Made by a program: the position numbers and the translations under genes. Below the pieces are notes generated by a model. It ran no database searches and was not told the DNA's origin. It saw nothing but the letters and a program-made list of their open reading frames with translations. Below are positions 17,210-28,066 of a DNA stretch of 64,000 bases, one piece after another. Source of the DNA: Candidatus Omnitrophota bacterium (GTDB lineage Bacteria; Omnitrophota; Gorgyraeia; Duberdicusellales; 4484-171); NCBI GenBank assembly GCA_018826075.1, contig JAHKAJ010000024.1:4343-68342 (forward strand). The letters run 5' to 3'. Each line of letters opens with the position of its first letter. Position 1 is the stretch's first letter.

Positions 17210-19885
17210 ATGGAAATTTTACCGCGCTATAACCCTAAACAGGTTGAACCCAAGATTCTGAAAAGCTGGCTGGAAAACGGTTTTTTCAAAGCTAAAATCA
17301 CGGCGAAAGCTAAGCCTTTCTCGATTGTTATTCCGCCGCCTAATGTTACTGGAATTCTTCATATGGGCCATGCCTTAAACAACACTATTCAGGATGTTTT
17401 GATCCGTTATCAGCGCCTGAAAGGCTCAAGCGTTCTTTGGATGCCGGGAACTGACCATGCCGGGATAGCCACCCAGAACGTGGTTGAAAAAAAATTGGCT
17501 AAACAGGGTAAAAACCGCAAAAGCCTCGGCCGCGATAATTTTTTAGAGGAAGTCTGGAAGTGGCGTGATGAATATGGCACGACCATAATCAGTCAATTAG
17601 AAAAACTGGGAGCGTCTTGTGACTGGGAGCGCCTGCGCTTTACTATGGATGAGGCTTATTCCCAGGCGGTAACCCGGGTTTTTGTTCAGCTTTGGCGAAA
17701 GAAATTGATCTATCAGGGTAATTATATTATAAATTGGTGCCCGCGTTGTCAGACTGCCCTTTCAGACGAAGAGGCCCCCCGTCAGGAGAAAGAGGGGTTT
17801 CTTTATTATATAAAATACCGGCTTAAAAATTCCGATCAATTTATAACTGTGGCTACCACCCGGCCGGAGACCATGCTAGGAGATGTGGCTGTGGCAGTTA
17901 ACCCCCAGGATCTGCGTTATCAGTCTTTTTGGGGTAAGACTTTAATCTTGCCGTTAGTCGAACGGGAAGTCCCGCTAATAAAAGACAAGTTGGTTGATTC
18001 TCAATTCGGTACTGGAGCGGTTAAGGTGACTCCGGCCCATGACCTGGCTGACTTCCAGATGGCTAGCCGCTGTAAAGAACTGACTCCGGTATTAGTGATG
18101 AATCCTGATGCCACTATGAATGAAAATGCCGGTGTTTATCAGGGGATGGATCGGTTCCAGGCCAGGGAAGCGATTGTTGAAAGCTTAAAAAAACTGGATT
18201 TACTTGAAAAAATCGAACCACATTCTTTGGCCGTTGGCCACTGCTACCGCTGCAATACCATAATTGAACCCTATCTGTCCCGGCAGTGGTTTGTCCGGAT
18301 GAAACCTTTAGCTAAGCCGGCGATCAAGGCTGTAAAAAAAGGCGATATTAAGTTTTACCCCCAAAGGTGGACTAAAGTCTATCTTAATTGGATGGAAAAT
18401 ATTCGCGATTGGTGTATATCTCGGCAAATCTGGTGGGGCCACCGGATCCCGGTCTATTATTGCCGGGATTGCCGCAAGGAAGTCATCGCTTCAGAAACCA
18501 AGCCGGAAAAATGCCGTTTTTGCAAATCCACTAATTTAGAGCAGGATCAGGATGTTTTGGATACCTGGTTTTCTTCCTGGCTTTGGCCGTTTGCTACTTT
18601 TGGCTGGCCATTTGAAAGTTCACCAGTTGCCAGTTGCCAGTTGCCAGTAGATATAAAGAAGAAGAAAAAGGAGTTTGAATATTTCTATCCGACTTCGGTC
18701 CTGGTTACTGCGCCGGAGATAATTTTTTTCTGGGTAGCTCGGATGATTATGGCTGGATTTGAATTTACCGGCAAACTTCCCTTTAAGGATATCTATATCC
18801 ACGGGACAGTCCGGGACAAGACTGGTAAAAAAATGTCTAAGTCCCTGGGCAATACCATAGATCCCTTGGAAGTGATTGAAGATTTCGGAGCTGATGCTTT
18901 ACGGTTTTCTATAATTCTTTGTGCGGCAAGCGGTTCTGACGTGTATCTTTCTAATGAGCGATTTCTGGTCGGCAGAAATTTTTCCAATAAGATTTGGAAT
19001 GCTGCCCGGTTTATCCTGCTTAAAATCGAAAGCCTGGGGATTGAGATAGCTGATTTTGATTTTACCCAATTAGCCGATTCTGAAAAGTGGATAATCGCCG
19101 AGCTCAACCAGACGGTGGCCGCGGTTTCAGCTCATCTCGATTCGTTCCGCCTCAATGAAGCGGCTAAAGAAGTCTATGATTTTTTCTGGCATGATTTTTG
19201 TGACTGGTATATTGAGATCATTAAAGATGATTTTTCAGGCACCCAGGCCAAAGTCTCTCTATATATACTGCAGGAGTCCCTAAAACTGTTGCATCCGTTT
19301 ATGCCGTTTATCAGTGAGGAGATCTTTGGATTGATTAAGAAAAATACTGCTTTGACTTTGCCACCGGCCCTGGTGGTTTCTGCCTGGCCGCAGTGCCGCA
19401 AAAAAATCGAGCCCCGGGAAATCGAAACCTTTAAAGCCTTGATAAAAACGGTAGCCGAAATCAGGAACATAAAAGCTATTCTTGGTCTAAGCAGCCGCCG
19501 CCTGGATTTAGCCATACGGACCGATAGTGATCACCTTCAATTTTTAGAAGCCAATAAGATTTGGTTGCGGCGTTTAACCCTCGCTGATGAGGTAAAGTTT
19601 AAGGATAAAAACCAGGGAGAGGATTTAACCCGGGTCCTTTATGATAATGGTTTATGGCAGATTGACCTTGATGCCGGAAATATTAGTCCTGAAAGTTTTG
19701 TTGCTGTTTTAGACAAAAAGATTCAAGCTAAAGAAGCAGTCGCCGGCAAAATCAAAGCCCGCTTGGCCAGCCAGCAATTTCGCAAAAATGCCGGGTCAGA
19801 AAAAATCGCCGAGGAAGAATTTAGATTAAAGGATTTGCAGGCGGAACTGGACCGCTTAGAGGGTTTGAAAGATGCATATCAATAA
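17210..19885 (+). CDS. valS: Valine--tRNA ligase
   Basis: HIGH motif (PPPNVTGILHMGHALN), KMSKS motif (KKMSKSLGN), zinc-binding cysteines, 891 aa with a C-terminal coiled coil. Confidence 0.95.
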   Translation: MEILPRYNPKQVEPKILKSWLENGFFKAKITAKAKPFSIVIPPPNVTGILHMGHALNNTIQDVLIRYQRLKGSSVLWMPGTDHAGIATQNVVEKKLAKQGKNRKSLGRDNFLEEVWKWRDEYGTTIISQLEKLGASCDWERLRFTMDEAYSQAVTRVFVQLWRKKLIYQGNYIINWCPRCQTALSDEEAPRQEKEGFLYYIKYRLKNSDQFITVATTRPETMLGDVAVAVNPQDLRYQSFWGKTLILPLVEREVPLIKDKLVDSQFGTGAVKVTPAHDLADFQMASRCKELTPVLVMNPDATMNENAGVYQGMDRFQAREAIVESLKKLDLLEKIEPHSLAVGHCYRCNTIIEPYLSRQWFVRMKPLAKPAIKAVKKGDIKFYPQRWTKVYLNWMENIRDWCISRQIWWGHRIPVYYCRDCRKEVIASETKPEKCRFCKSTNLEQDQDVLDTWFSSWLWPFATFGWPFESSPVASCQLPVDIKKKKKEFEYFYPTSVLVTAPEIIFFWVARMIMAGFEFTGKLPFKDIYIHGTVRDKTGKKMSKSLGNTIDPLEVIEDFGADALRFSIILCAASGSDVYLSNERFLVGRNFSNKIWNAARFILLKIESLGIEIADFDFTQLADSEKWIIAELNQTVAAVSAHLDSFRLNEAAKEVYDFFWHDFCDWYIEIIKDDFSGTQAKVSLYILQESLKLLHPFMPFISEEIFGLIKKNTALTLPPALVVSAWPQCRKKIEPREIETFKALIKTVAEIRNIKAILGLSSRRLDLAIRTDSDHLQFLEANKIWLRRLTLADEVKFKDKNQGEDLTRVLYDNGLWQIDLDAGNISPESFVAVLDKKIQAKEAVAGKIKARLASQQFRKNAGSEKIAEEEFRLKDLQAELDRLEGLKDAYQ

Positions 19886-20762
19886 AGCGATTAAAAAGTT
19901 TATTAGTTTAGCGTTAGCCGAGGATTCAGCCAGCCGGGATGTCACTACTGGTTTGTTGATTTCTGAAGGTATCCGGGCTAGAGCTAAGATTATTGCTAAA
20001 GAACCCGGAGTTCTTTGTGGGTTGGATATTGCTAAAACGGTTTTTAAACAGTTAGATAAAAGAGTCGTTTTCCGAGTTTTAAAAAAAGAGGGGGCGGTTT
20101 TAACAAGGTTTGAGGAGGTGGCTTTGATTCGGGGGCCGGCCAGAGCTATTTTACAGGCCGAGAGAATAGCTTTAAATTTCTTATCGTTTTTGTCGGCTAC
20201 CGCTACTCTTACTGCTAAATTCATCGAACAGGTAAAAGGTATCGATGTAAAAATCATGGATACCCGAAAAACCATACCCAATTTACGCTGTTTTCAGAAA
20301 TATGCAGTTTCAGTCGGCGGCGGAATAAACCACCGCAGTTCCTTATCGGAAGCGGTCTTGATCAAGGACAATCATCTCAAAGCCGGCTGTTTCTTTAATA
20401 AAAAAAGGCTTGATTCCAAAAAGTTAGCTGCCTTATTCGGCAGTTCAGCGGTCAGAACCTTAGCTAAGGCTGAAGTCGAAGTTGAGAATTTAGACGAATT
20501 TAAACAGGTGATTAAGCTTAACCCTGGGATAATTATGCTGGATAATTTTTCTCTGGTTTCTTTGAAAAAAGCAGTCCGGCTGCGTAATGAATACTGTTTA
20601 AGAACGCCGAGTTTAAAACAACGTATCCTTCTGGAAGCTTCCGGGGGGATAGCTCTAAAAAATATAAGGGCAGTTGCCCTTACCGGCGTTGACCGCATAT
20701 CAATCGGGTTAATAACTCACTCTCCGAAAGCCATTGATTTTTCTTTAGAGATAAGAAGATGA
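19872..20762 (+). CDS. nadC: Nicotinate-nucleotide pyrophosphorylase (quinolinate phosphoribosyltransferase)
   Basis: The QPRTase fold motifs DTRKT…AVSVGGG and NHR…LIKDNH are conserved. Overlaps valS by 14 nt. Confidence 0.8.
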   Translation: MHINKAIKKFISLALAEDSASRDVTTGLLISEGIRARAKIIAKEPGVLCGLDIAKTVFKQLDKRVVFRVLKKEGAVLTRFEEVALIRGPARAILQAERIALNFLSFLSATATLTAKFIEQVKGIDVKIMDTRKTIPNLRCFQKYAVSVGGGINHRSSLSEAVLIKDNHLKAGCFFNKKRLDSKKLAALFGSSAVRTLAKAEVEVENLDEFKQVIKLNPGIIMLDNFSLVSLKKAVRLRNEYCLRTPSLKQRILLEASGGIALKNIRAVALTGVDRISIGLITHSPKAIDFSLEIRR

Positions 20763-20773
20763 TTCGTGTTTAT

Positions 20774-20802
20774 GTAGGGGCGACCCGCCGGGTCGCCCCT
20801 AC
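20774..20802 (+). repeat. REP-like palindrome copy 1 (GTAGGGGCGACCCG-C-CGGGTCGCCCCTAC)
   Basis: A perfect 14-bp inverted repeat with 1-nt centre. Near-identical copies lie at 29250-29280 and 41822-41850, all in same-strand intergenic gaps. Confidence 0.7.
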
Positions 20803-20826
20803 GGTGATTATCAACAAACAAGAGAT

Positions 20827-22797
20827 ATGAATTTTAGGTTGGTTAGCAAATTCAAACCAACCGGAGACCAGCCCCGGGCGATCAAAGCTATTGTTCAGCG
20901 CCTTAAGGAACAAAAGCCTTACACCACGCTTTTGGGGGTAACTGGTTCAGGTAAAACCTTTACTTTGGCCGCGGCAATCGAAAAGCTTGACCGGCCGGTC
21001 TTAGTTATTTCGCATAATAAGACTTTAGCCAGCCAGCTTTACGCCGAGTTCAGGGATTTTTTTCCGCAAAATTCGGTAGAATATTTTGTCAGTTATTACG
21101 ACTATTATCAGCCGGAAAGCTACATTCCTCAAACCGATACTTATATTGAGAAAGATGCTTCGATTAATGAACGCCTTGACCGCTTGAGGCTTTCGGCTAC
21201 CAGTTCCCTGGTCAGCCGCCGGGATGTATTAGTGGTGGCCTCGGTTTCCTGTATTTATAACCTCGGTTCGCCTGAGGATTACCAGAAGCTGACCTTAAAC
21301 CTTTCAGCCGGCCGGCCGCTTAAAACTGAAGAAGTCATCGCCGGTTTAGTCAGCCTGCAATATGAACGTAATGATTACGATTTTAAACCGGGAACTTTCC
21401 GTCTGAAGGGAGACAATCTAGATATTTTTCCTGCTTATCGCCAGCTGCCGTTGCGGTTTGAATTTTTTACTGACTGCCTTGAAAAGATCTATGAGTTTGA
21501 ATCATTGAGCGGTAAGAAAATTGCAAAGCTCGATAAAGTCAGCATCTATCCGGCAAAACATTTTATTATCGAAAAGGAACGGATCGAGTCAGCTTCCCAG
21601 GTGATAACCCGGGAGCTAAATCAGCACCTCGATTTTTTAAAAACCGAAGGTAAACTGCTTGAAGCCCAGCGTCTTAGGCAGCGTACCCTTTTTGATTTGG
21701 AGATGCTTAAAGAATGCGGATACTGTCATGGGATCGAAAACTATTCACGGCATTTATCCGGCCGTCCGTCCGGATCGCGGCCGTTTTGCCTGATCGATTA
21801 TTTTCCCGAAGATTTTATTACCCTGATTGATGAAAGCCACGTTACTGTACCTCAACTGCGCGGGATGTATGAAGGTGACCGTTCACGTAAACAGACTTTA
21901 GTCGATTATGGTTTTCGTCTGCCGTCTTGCTTGGATAACCGGCCTTTGCGGTTTGATGAGTTCCGGAAATTGACTAAACAGACGGTTTATGTTTCGGCAA
22001 CCCCGGCTGAGTTTGAAACCAACCTTTGCGGCGGCCAGATCGTGGAGCAGATAATCAGGCCGACTGGTTTGCCGGATCCGCAAATCCAGGTCCGGCCGAG
22101 TGAAAACCAGATCAGTGATTTGATCCAGGAGATCAAAAAACGGACTAAGAATAAAGAACGGACTTTAGTCACTACCTTGACTAAGCGGATGGCCGAAGAC
22201 CTGGCTGGATATTTATTTGAGGCCGGCCTGAAGGCTTCCTATATTCATTCAGAAATCGACACTTTGAAGCGTTCGCAGATCCTTAAAGACCTGCGTTTGA
22301 AAAAAATCGACATTTTAGTGGGAATAAATCTGTTACGTGAAGGTTTGGATTTACCCGAGGTATCCTTGGTAGCGATTCTTGATGCCGATAAAGAAGGGTT
22401 TTTGCGTTCAGCCAGCTCGTTGATTCAGGTGGCTGGCCGTTGTGCCCGCAATATAAACGGAAAAGTCATCATGTATGCCGATACCATTACTAAATCGATG
22501 CAGAAAGCGATCTCTGAAAGTAACCGGCGGCGCAAAACCCAGATTAGCTATAATGCCCGTCATAAAATCACACCGCGCAGTATCGTGAAGGCGATCGGCG
22601 AAGGTATCGAGGTCCATTTAAAAGAGGACTCTAAACTAAGCCGTTTTTTAGACATTTCCCCGGAGGAAAACGAACTTCTCGATATTATCAGCCAACTCCA
22701 GAAAGAGATGGATTTGGCGGCCAAGAGCTTGCATTTTGAGAAAGCCGCCGAACTCCGCGACAAAATAGCGGATTTACACAAAGCCTTGAAAAAGTGA
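20827..22797 (+). CDS. uvrB: Excinuclease ABC subunit B
   Basis: Walker A GVTGSGKTFT, helicase motifs, and a C-terminal UVR domain (…FEKAAELRDKIADL). Confidence 0.95.
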   Translation: MNFRLVSKFKPTGDQPRAIKAIVQRLKEQKPYTTLLGVTGSGKTFTLAAAIEKLDRPVLVISHNKTLASQLYAEFRDFFPQNSVEYFVSYYDYYQPESYIPQTDTYIEKDASINERLDRLRLSATSSLVSRRDVLVVASVSCIYNLGSPEDYQKLTLNLSAGRPLKTEEVIAGLVSLQYERNDYDFKPGTFRLKGDNLDIFPAYRQLPLRFEFFTDCLEKIYEFESLSGKKIAKLDKVSIYPAKHFIIEKERIESASQVITRELNQHLDFLKTEGKLLEAQRLRQRTLFDLEMLKECGYCHGIENYSRHLSGRPSGSRPFCLIDYFPEDFITLIDESHVTVPQLRGMYEGDRSRKQTLVDYGFRLPSCLDNRPLRFDEFRKLTKQTVYVSATPAEFETNLCGGQIVEQIIRPTGLPDPQIQVRPSENQISDLIQEIKKRTKNKERTLVTTLTKRMAEDLAGYLFEAGLKASYIHSEIDTLKRSQILKDLRLKKIDILVGINLLREGLDLPEVSLVAILDADKEGFLRSASSLIQVAGRCARNINGKVIMYADTITKSMQKAISESNRRRKTQISYNARHKITPRSIVKAIGEGIEVHLKEDSKLSRFLDISPEENELLDIISQLQKEMDLAAKSLHFEKAAELRDKIADLHKALKK

Positions 22798-22810
22798 TAT
22801 AATTATCGTT

Positions 22811-23563
22811 ATGATTGCTGTAGACATTGGAAATACTTATCTGCATTTTTTCGGGTTTAAAAACGGCGAGATTTTTAAGAGCTTAAGAATTCCAACTTTA
22901 GGGGTTACCAAAAATAAGATCAAAGAAACTTTGGCAAAGTTTCTTTCGGGGCCGGTGATCGTCTGTTCGGTTGTGCCGGGAATAAACCATTTGTTTCGGG
23001 GATTAAAGCTAAAAGTTTATTTCGTTGGTTCCCAGATCCGAGTCCCGATAATCTGCCAGTACAAAAAAACAGAAGTTGGCAGTGACCGGTTGGTTGCGGC
23101 CTTTGCCGCCCGAACCCTATTTAGCCAAACCCGGATAGTTATTGATTTTGGCACTGCCATAACTTTTGATTTTTTATCCAAGAATGGGCATTACCAGGGT
23201 GGTATTATTTTGCCGGGTATTGGCTCGACGCTTTCAGTATTTTCCAGTTGTGCTTTGCTGCCCAATCATATAAAATTAAAAAAAACCAATCGGATGATTC
23301 CTCGCAATACCCAGGAAAGCATCAGTAAGGGTTTGACCGAAGGGTTTCCGGCAATGATTAATACTTTAGTTAAAAAGTATATCAAGCTTTTAAAAATTTC
23401 CGCTGAACCAACAGTAGTCCTTACCGGCGGAGAAGCTTTTGGGATCAAATCAGCTTTAAATTTCCGTTACTATTACGAACCTTATTTGGTAGCCAAAGGC
23501 CTTTATTTTTTGGCAGCTAAATATGGCTTTACCGAACAGCCGCCGACAACCCCGAAAAATTAA
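22811..23563 (+). CDS. coaX: Type III pantothenate kinase
   Basis: N-terminus MIAVDIGNTYLHF and the ASKHA fold motifs (VIDFGTAITFD, LTGGEA) are present. Confidence 0.8.
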   Translation: MIAVDIGNTYLHFFGFKNGEIFKSLRIPTLGVTKNKIKETLAKFLSGPVIVCSVVPGINHLFRGLKLKVYFVGSQIRVPIICQYKKTEVGSDRLVAAFAARTLFSQTRIVIDFGTAITFDFLSKNGHYQGGIILPGIGSTLSVFSSCALLPNHIKLKKTNRMIPRNTQESISKGLTEGFPAMINTLVKKYIKLLKISAEPTVVLTGGEAFGIKSALNFRYYYEPYLVAKGLYFLAAKYGFTEQPPTTPKN

Positions 23564-23603
23564 AAAATTTCCTTGACAAGTTTTTAGGCTTGAGTAAAAT
23601 AGT

Positions 23604-23630
23604 TAGCAATCTCAGGTCGAGAGTGCTAAA
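23604..23630 (+). promoter_or_regulatory. CIRCE operator (HrcA binding site) upstream of groES
   Basis: TTAGCAATC-N9-GAGTGCTAA matches the CIRCE consensus TTAGCACTC-N9-GAGTGCTAA with 1 mismatch. It lies 17 nt upstream of the groES ATG. Confidence 0.8.
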
Positions 23631-23646
23631 CTAAGGAGGTGTTTGT

Positions 23647-23934
23647 ATGAAGTTTAAACCATTAGCTGACCGGATTCTCGTTAAGCCGCTTGAGGCCAAA
23701 GAGCAGACTAAAGGAGGGATAGTCCTTCCGGATACTGCCAAAGAAAAGCCCCAGGAAGGCGAAATCATTGCTGTGGGATCCGGTAAAAAAACCGATGACG
23801 GCAAAGTGATCGCGGTATCACTGAAGGCCGGTGACAAGGTCCTTTACGGAAAATATTCCGGGACTGAAATCACCTTGGACGGTGAAGAGTATTTGATCAT
23901 TCGGGAAGAAGATGTTTTAGGAATAGTGGGATAA
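23647..23934 (+). CDS. groES: Co-chaperonin GroES
   Basis: 95 aa with the mobile-loop region and conserved …KEKPQEGEI…GDKVLY. Confidence 0.95.
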   Translation: MKFKPLADRILVKPLEAKEQTKGGIVLPDTAKEKPQEGEIIAVGSGKKTDDGKVIAVSLKAGDKVLYGKYSGTEITLDGEEYLIIREEDVLGIVG

Positions 23935-23944
23935 GGAGGCGTAA

Positions 23945-25588
<1,644 letters not shown>

Positions 25589-25600
25589 TCGCTTGATTTG

Positions 25601-25640
25601 ATTTTTAATTAAGGGACACATCCTTAAAGGGTGTGTCCCT
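25601..25640 (+). terminator. Rho-independent terminator after groEL
   Basis: AAGGGACACATCC-TTAAA-GGGTGTGTCCCTT stem-loop followed by TTTATTTTTT. Confidence 0.7.
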
Positions 25641-25708
25641 TTTATTTTTTATGGATTTTTGTTTCAAACAGTGCTATAATAAATAAAAGTTTTTATACTT
25701 TGATTTTT

Positions 25709-27058
25709 ATGAATGAAACGCCTTTTTATCTGACTACTCTCGGTGCCGATAACCTGGAATTAGGTTTATTTCGCTATTCGCTTTTGCCCGAGGAAGGGTT
25801 TATCGCTTCTAATACTTCTTTATTTCGTCTGCTCGGCTATACCAACAAGGGGAATTTTCTCCAGAAAAAGTTAGCTGAACTCTTTTTTAACCCCCAGGAT
25901 AGCGATATTTTTTTTGAGCTCCTGCGTCGGAACCAAAAGGTCAAATTTTTCGAAGTTGCTTTTAAGAAAAAAGACGCTTCGCCGATCTGGATAGCCATCA
26001 CCGCTTCGCTTATTTTTTCCAGCGACCAGCGCCAGTGTTTAGAAGGGGTGGTCCAGGATATTTCTTATCAAAAACAGATGCAGAATAAGCTTTTAATGGA
26101 GAAAGATTTCTTGCAGGCCCTTTTTGACAATATCCCTGACGCGGTTTATTTTAAGGACCGTAACAACCGGATAATCAAAGTCAATAAATTTTACGTTAAA
26201 GGTACCGGCCTTGACGAAAAAAATATCGTCGGAAAGACTGATTTCCATTTTTTCCCTTACCAGCAAGCCAAAGAGATGTTTGAAGATGATAATCATGTTC
26301 TAAACACTGGAAAACCGATAGTCGGCAAGATCGAAAAAACCCAGTTGCCTGACGGCAGCTGGAACCAGGTCATTACTACTAAAATCCCGATGCATGATCG
26401 TGACGGAAAAATTATCGGCTCGATCGGTACTACCCGGGACATGACTGCCCATGCTAACCTGGAAGAAAAACGCCTGTTTATGGCCATAAATGCTTTAGAG
26501 GTTTTGGGTAAGGCCCTTGAGATGCGCGATCCTTACACTTTCAGCCATACCCGCCATGTAGCTAAAATCGCCGCAACCATTGCTAAAGCTTTAGGTTGGG
26601 ATGAAAACCGCCTTCTGGCTATGCAGTTAGCCGGCGAGCTTCATGATTTGGGAAAAATCAGTATCCCCTTGGATATTCTAAACAAGCCTGGAGATCTAAG
26701 TAATTTAGAATATGGTTTGATCAAGGAACATACTACTAATTGTTACAATTTGATCAAAGATATTGAATTTCCTTTTCCTCTGGCCGAAATCATCTACCAG
26801 CATCATGAGCGGCTTGACGGTTCTGGTTATCCTCGTAAGCTTTCCGGAAAAAAGATCCTGCCTGAAGCCCGCATCCTGGCGGTTAGCGATGTTTTAGAGG
26901 CCATGACTCATCACCGGCCATACCGGGCAGCTTTAGGCTTAAAAGCTGCCTGTAATGAGTTATCAACTAACAAAGGCACTAAGTACGATCCGGTTATTGT
27001 AGAGGTGCTGTTGAGCTTAGTCAAAAACAGCGGCGACAAAGAGTTTTGGCTAAACTAA
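25709..27058 (+). CDS. PAS domain - HD-GYP domain protein (probable c-di-GMP phosphodiesterase); start moved to MNETPFYL
   Basis: HD motif (HTRHVAKIA…HDLGK), HHERLDGSGYP (the GYP motif), and an upstream PAS-like region (LQALFDNIPDAVYFKDRNNRII). Confidence 0.8.
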   Translation: MNETPFYLTTLGADNLELGLFRYSLLPEEGFIASNTSLFRLLGYTNKGNFLQKKLAELFFNPQDSDIFFELLRRNQKVKFFEVAFKKKDASPIWIAITASLIFSSDQRQCLEGVVQDISYQKQMQNKLLMEKDFLQALFDNIPDAVYFKDRNNRIIKVNKFYVKGTGLDEKNIVGKTDFHFFPYQQAKEMFEDDNHVLNTGKPIVGKIEKTQLPDGSWNQVITTKIPMHDRDGKIIGSIGTTRDMTAHANLEEKRLFMAINALEVLGKALEMRDPYTFSHTRHVAKIAATIAKALGWDENRLLAMQLAGELHDLGKISIPLDILNKPGDLSNLEYGLIKEHTTNCYNLIKDIEFPFPLAEIIYQHHERLDGSGYPRKLSGKKILPEARILAVSDVLEAMTHHRPYRAALGLKAACNELSTNKGTKYDPVIVEVLLSLVKNSGDKEFWLN

Positions 27059-27216
27059 TTCGGGACACATCCCATTTAAATAGGTTATGGTTTTATTGCG
27101 TCATTTATACTCGATTAGCTTTTTGTGTTTTTTATTTATCGGTATTTGGGGTTTTTAAAATAGTCCTAATTGGTTAAACAAAACATGCAGTTTTTAAATG
27201 GGATGTGTCCCGAATT
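27057..27216 (+). repeat. 160-bp element bounded by perfect 24-bp terminal inverted repeats (AATTCGGGACACATCCCATTTAAA … TTTAAATGGGATGTGTCCCGAATT); MITE-like or long regulatory palindrome upstream of por operon
   Basis: The left arm 27057-27080 and right arm 27193-27216 are exact reverse complements. The 112-bp interior is AT-rich. The GGGACACATCC core is shared with the groEL terminator. Confidence 0.6.
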
Positions 27217-27257
27217 AGTTCTTGCTATTCTTTTATTTTGTGATATAACCAAACCTT

Positions 27258-27794
27258 ATGAAAGAAGCCAAAATTTTTGCTCGAGCCGGGCAGGGGGCGA
27301 TTACTACTGCAGCGATCCTCGGTGAAGCCCTGTTTTATGAAAATAAATACGCTTATGCTTTTCCGCATTTCGGAGCCGCGCGTATGGGGGCGCCGATGAA
27401 TGCTTTTTTACGCTTTGATTCCAAACCGATTCGTTTACGTTCTCAAGTATATAACCCAGACTATGTTATAGTGGTAGATCCGACTTTAATCAAAAGCCAA
27501 AATTGTTTCACCAATTTAAAAACCGGCGCAAAAGCGGTGGTGGCGGTGCGTGAAGCAACAGTTATTCCTAAAGTTGCCGGCGTCGATATCTATTCCTTAG
27601 AGGCAGAAAAAATTGCCATGGAGCTTATCGGCCGGCCGTTTGCTAATACTGTGTTGATTGGAGCTTTCGCCAAAATGAGCGGCGAGTTAAGCCTGGATTC
27701 AATATTTAAAGCGGTAACCAATGCCTTTGCTGAAAAGCCGGAGGTTTTGGAGAAGAACCTGGCGGCAGTAAAAAAGGGGTACGAAAGTGTTTAG
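27258..27794 (+). CDS. porC: Pyruvate/2-oxoacid:ferredoxin oxidoreductase gamma subunit
   Basis: 178-aa Pyr_Fd_oxred gamma-like sequence. It is first in the gamma-delta-alpha-beta gene order. Confidence 0.75.
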   Translation: MKEAKIFARAGQGAITTAAILGEALFYENKYAYAFPHFGAARMGAPMNAFLRFDSKPIRLRSQVYNPDYVIVVDPTLIKSQNCFTNLKTGAKAVVAVREATVIPKVAGVDIYSLEAEKIAMELIGRPFANTVLIGAFAKMSGELSLDSIFKAVTNAFAEKPEVLEKNLAAVKKGYESV

Positions 27795-28041
27795 TGTTTT
27801 AGCCAGTCGCGCGAAGACTTCTAAAGCAAATTTGACCGGTTCCTGGCGTTCAACCCAGAAACCGAAGTTTTTAAAAAAAGATTGTATTAATTGCGGATTA
27901 TGTAAATTCGTCTGTCCGGAAGGTTGCATTGAGGGTATCGAGAAGAATGCTTACGATACCGACCTTGACTATTGCAAAGGTTGCGGTCTTTGCGCCTACA
28001 TTTGTCCGAAGAAAGATATTGAGATGGTCTCTAATGATTAA
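27787..28041 (+). CDS. porD: Pyruvate:ferredoxin oxidoreductase delta subunit (2x[4Fe-4S] ferredoxin)
   Basis: Two CxxCxxCxxxCP motifs (CINCGLCKFVCP and CKGCGLCAYICP). Confidence 0.8.
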   Translation: MFSVLASRAKTSKANLTGSWRSTQKPKFLKKDCINCGLCKFVCPEGCIEGIEKNAYDTDLDYCKGCGLCAYICPKKDIEMVSND

Positions 28042-28066
28042 ATTTCGATCAGGAGGATTAATCTAA

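Noticed and set aside
18625-18652. Short tandem hexamer repeat (CCAGTTGCCAGTTGCCAG) inside valS
   Set aside because: It encodes an in-frame QLPVASCQLPV stretch of the ValS insertion domain. It is too short and too coding-constrained to be a regulatory or CRISPR-like repeat.
25631-25708. Upstream extension of the HD-GYP ORF to 25631 as given in the ORF track
   Set aside because: The extension overlaps the groEL terminator T-run and a TATAAT-like box (about 25676). Translation from MNETPFYL (25709) is more plausible.
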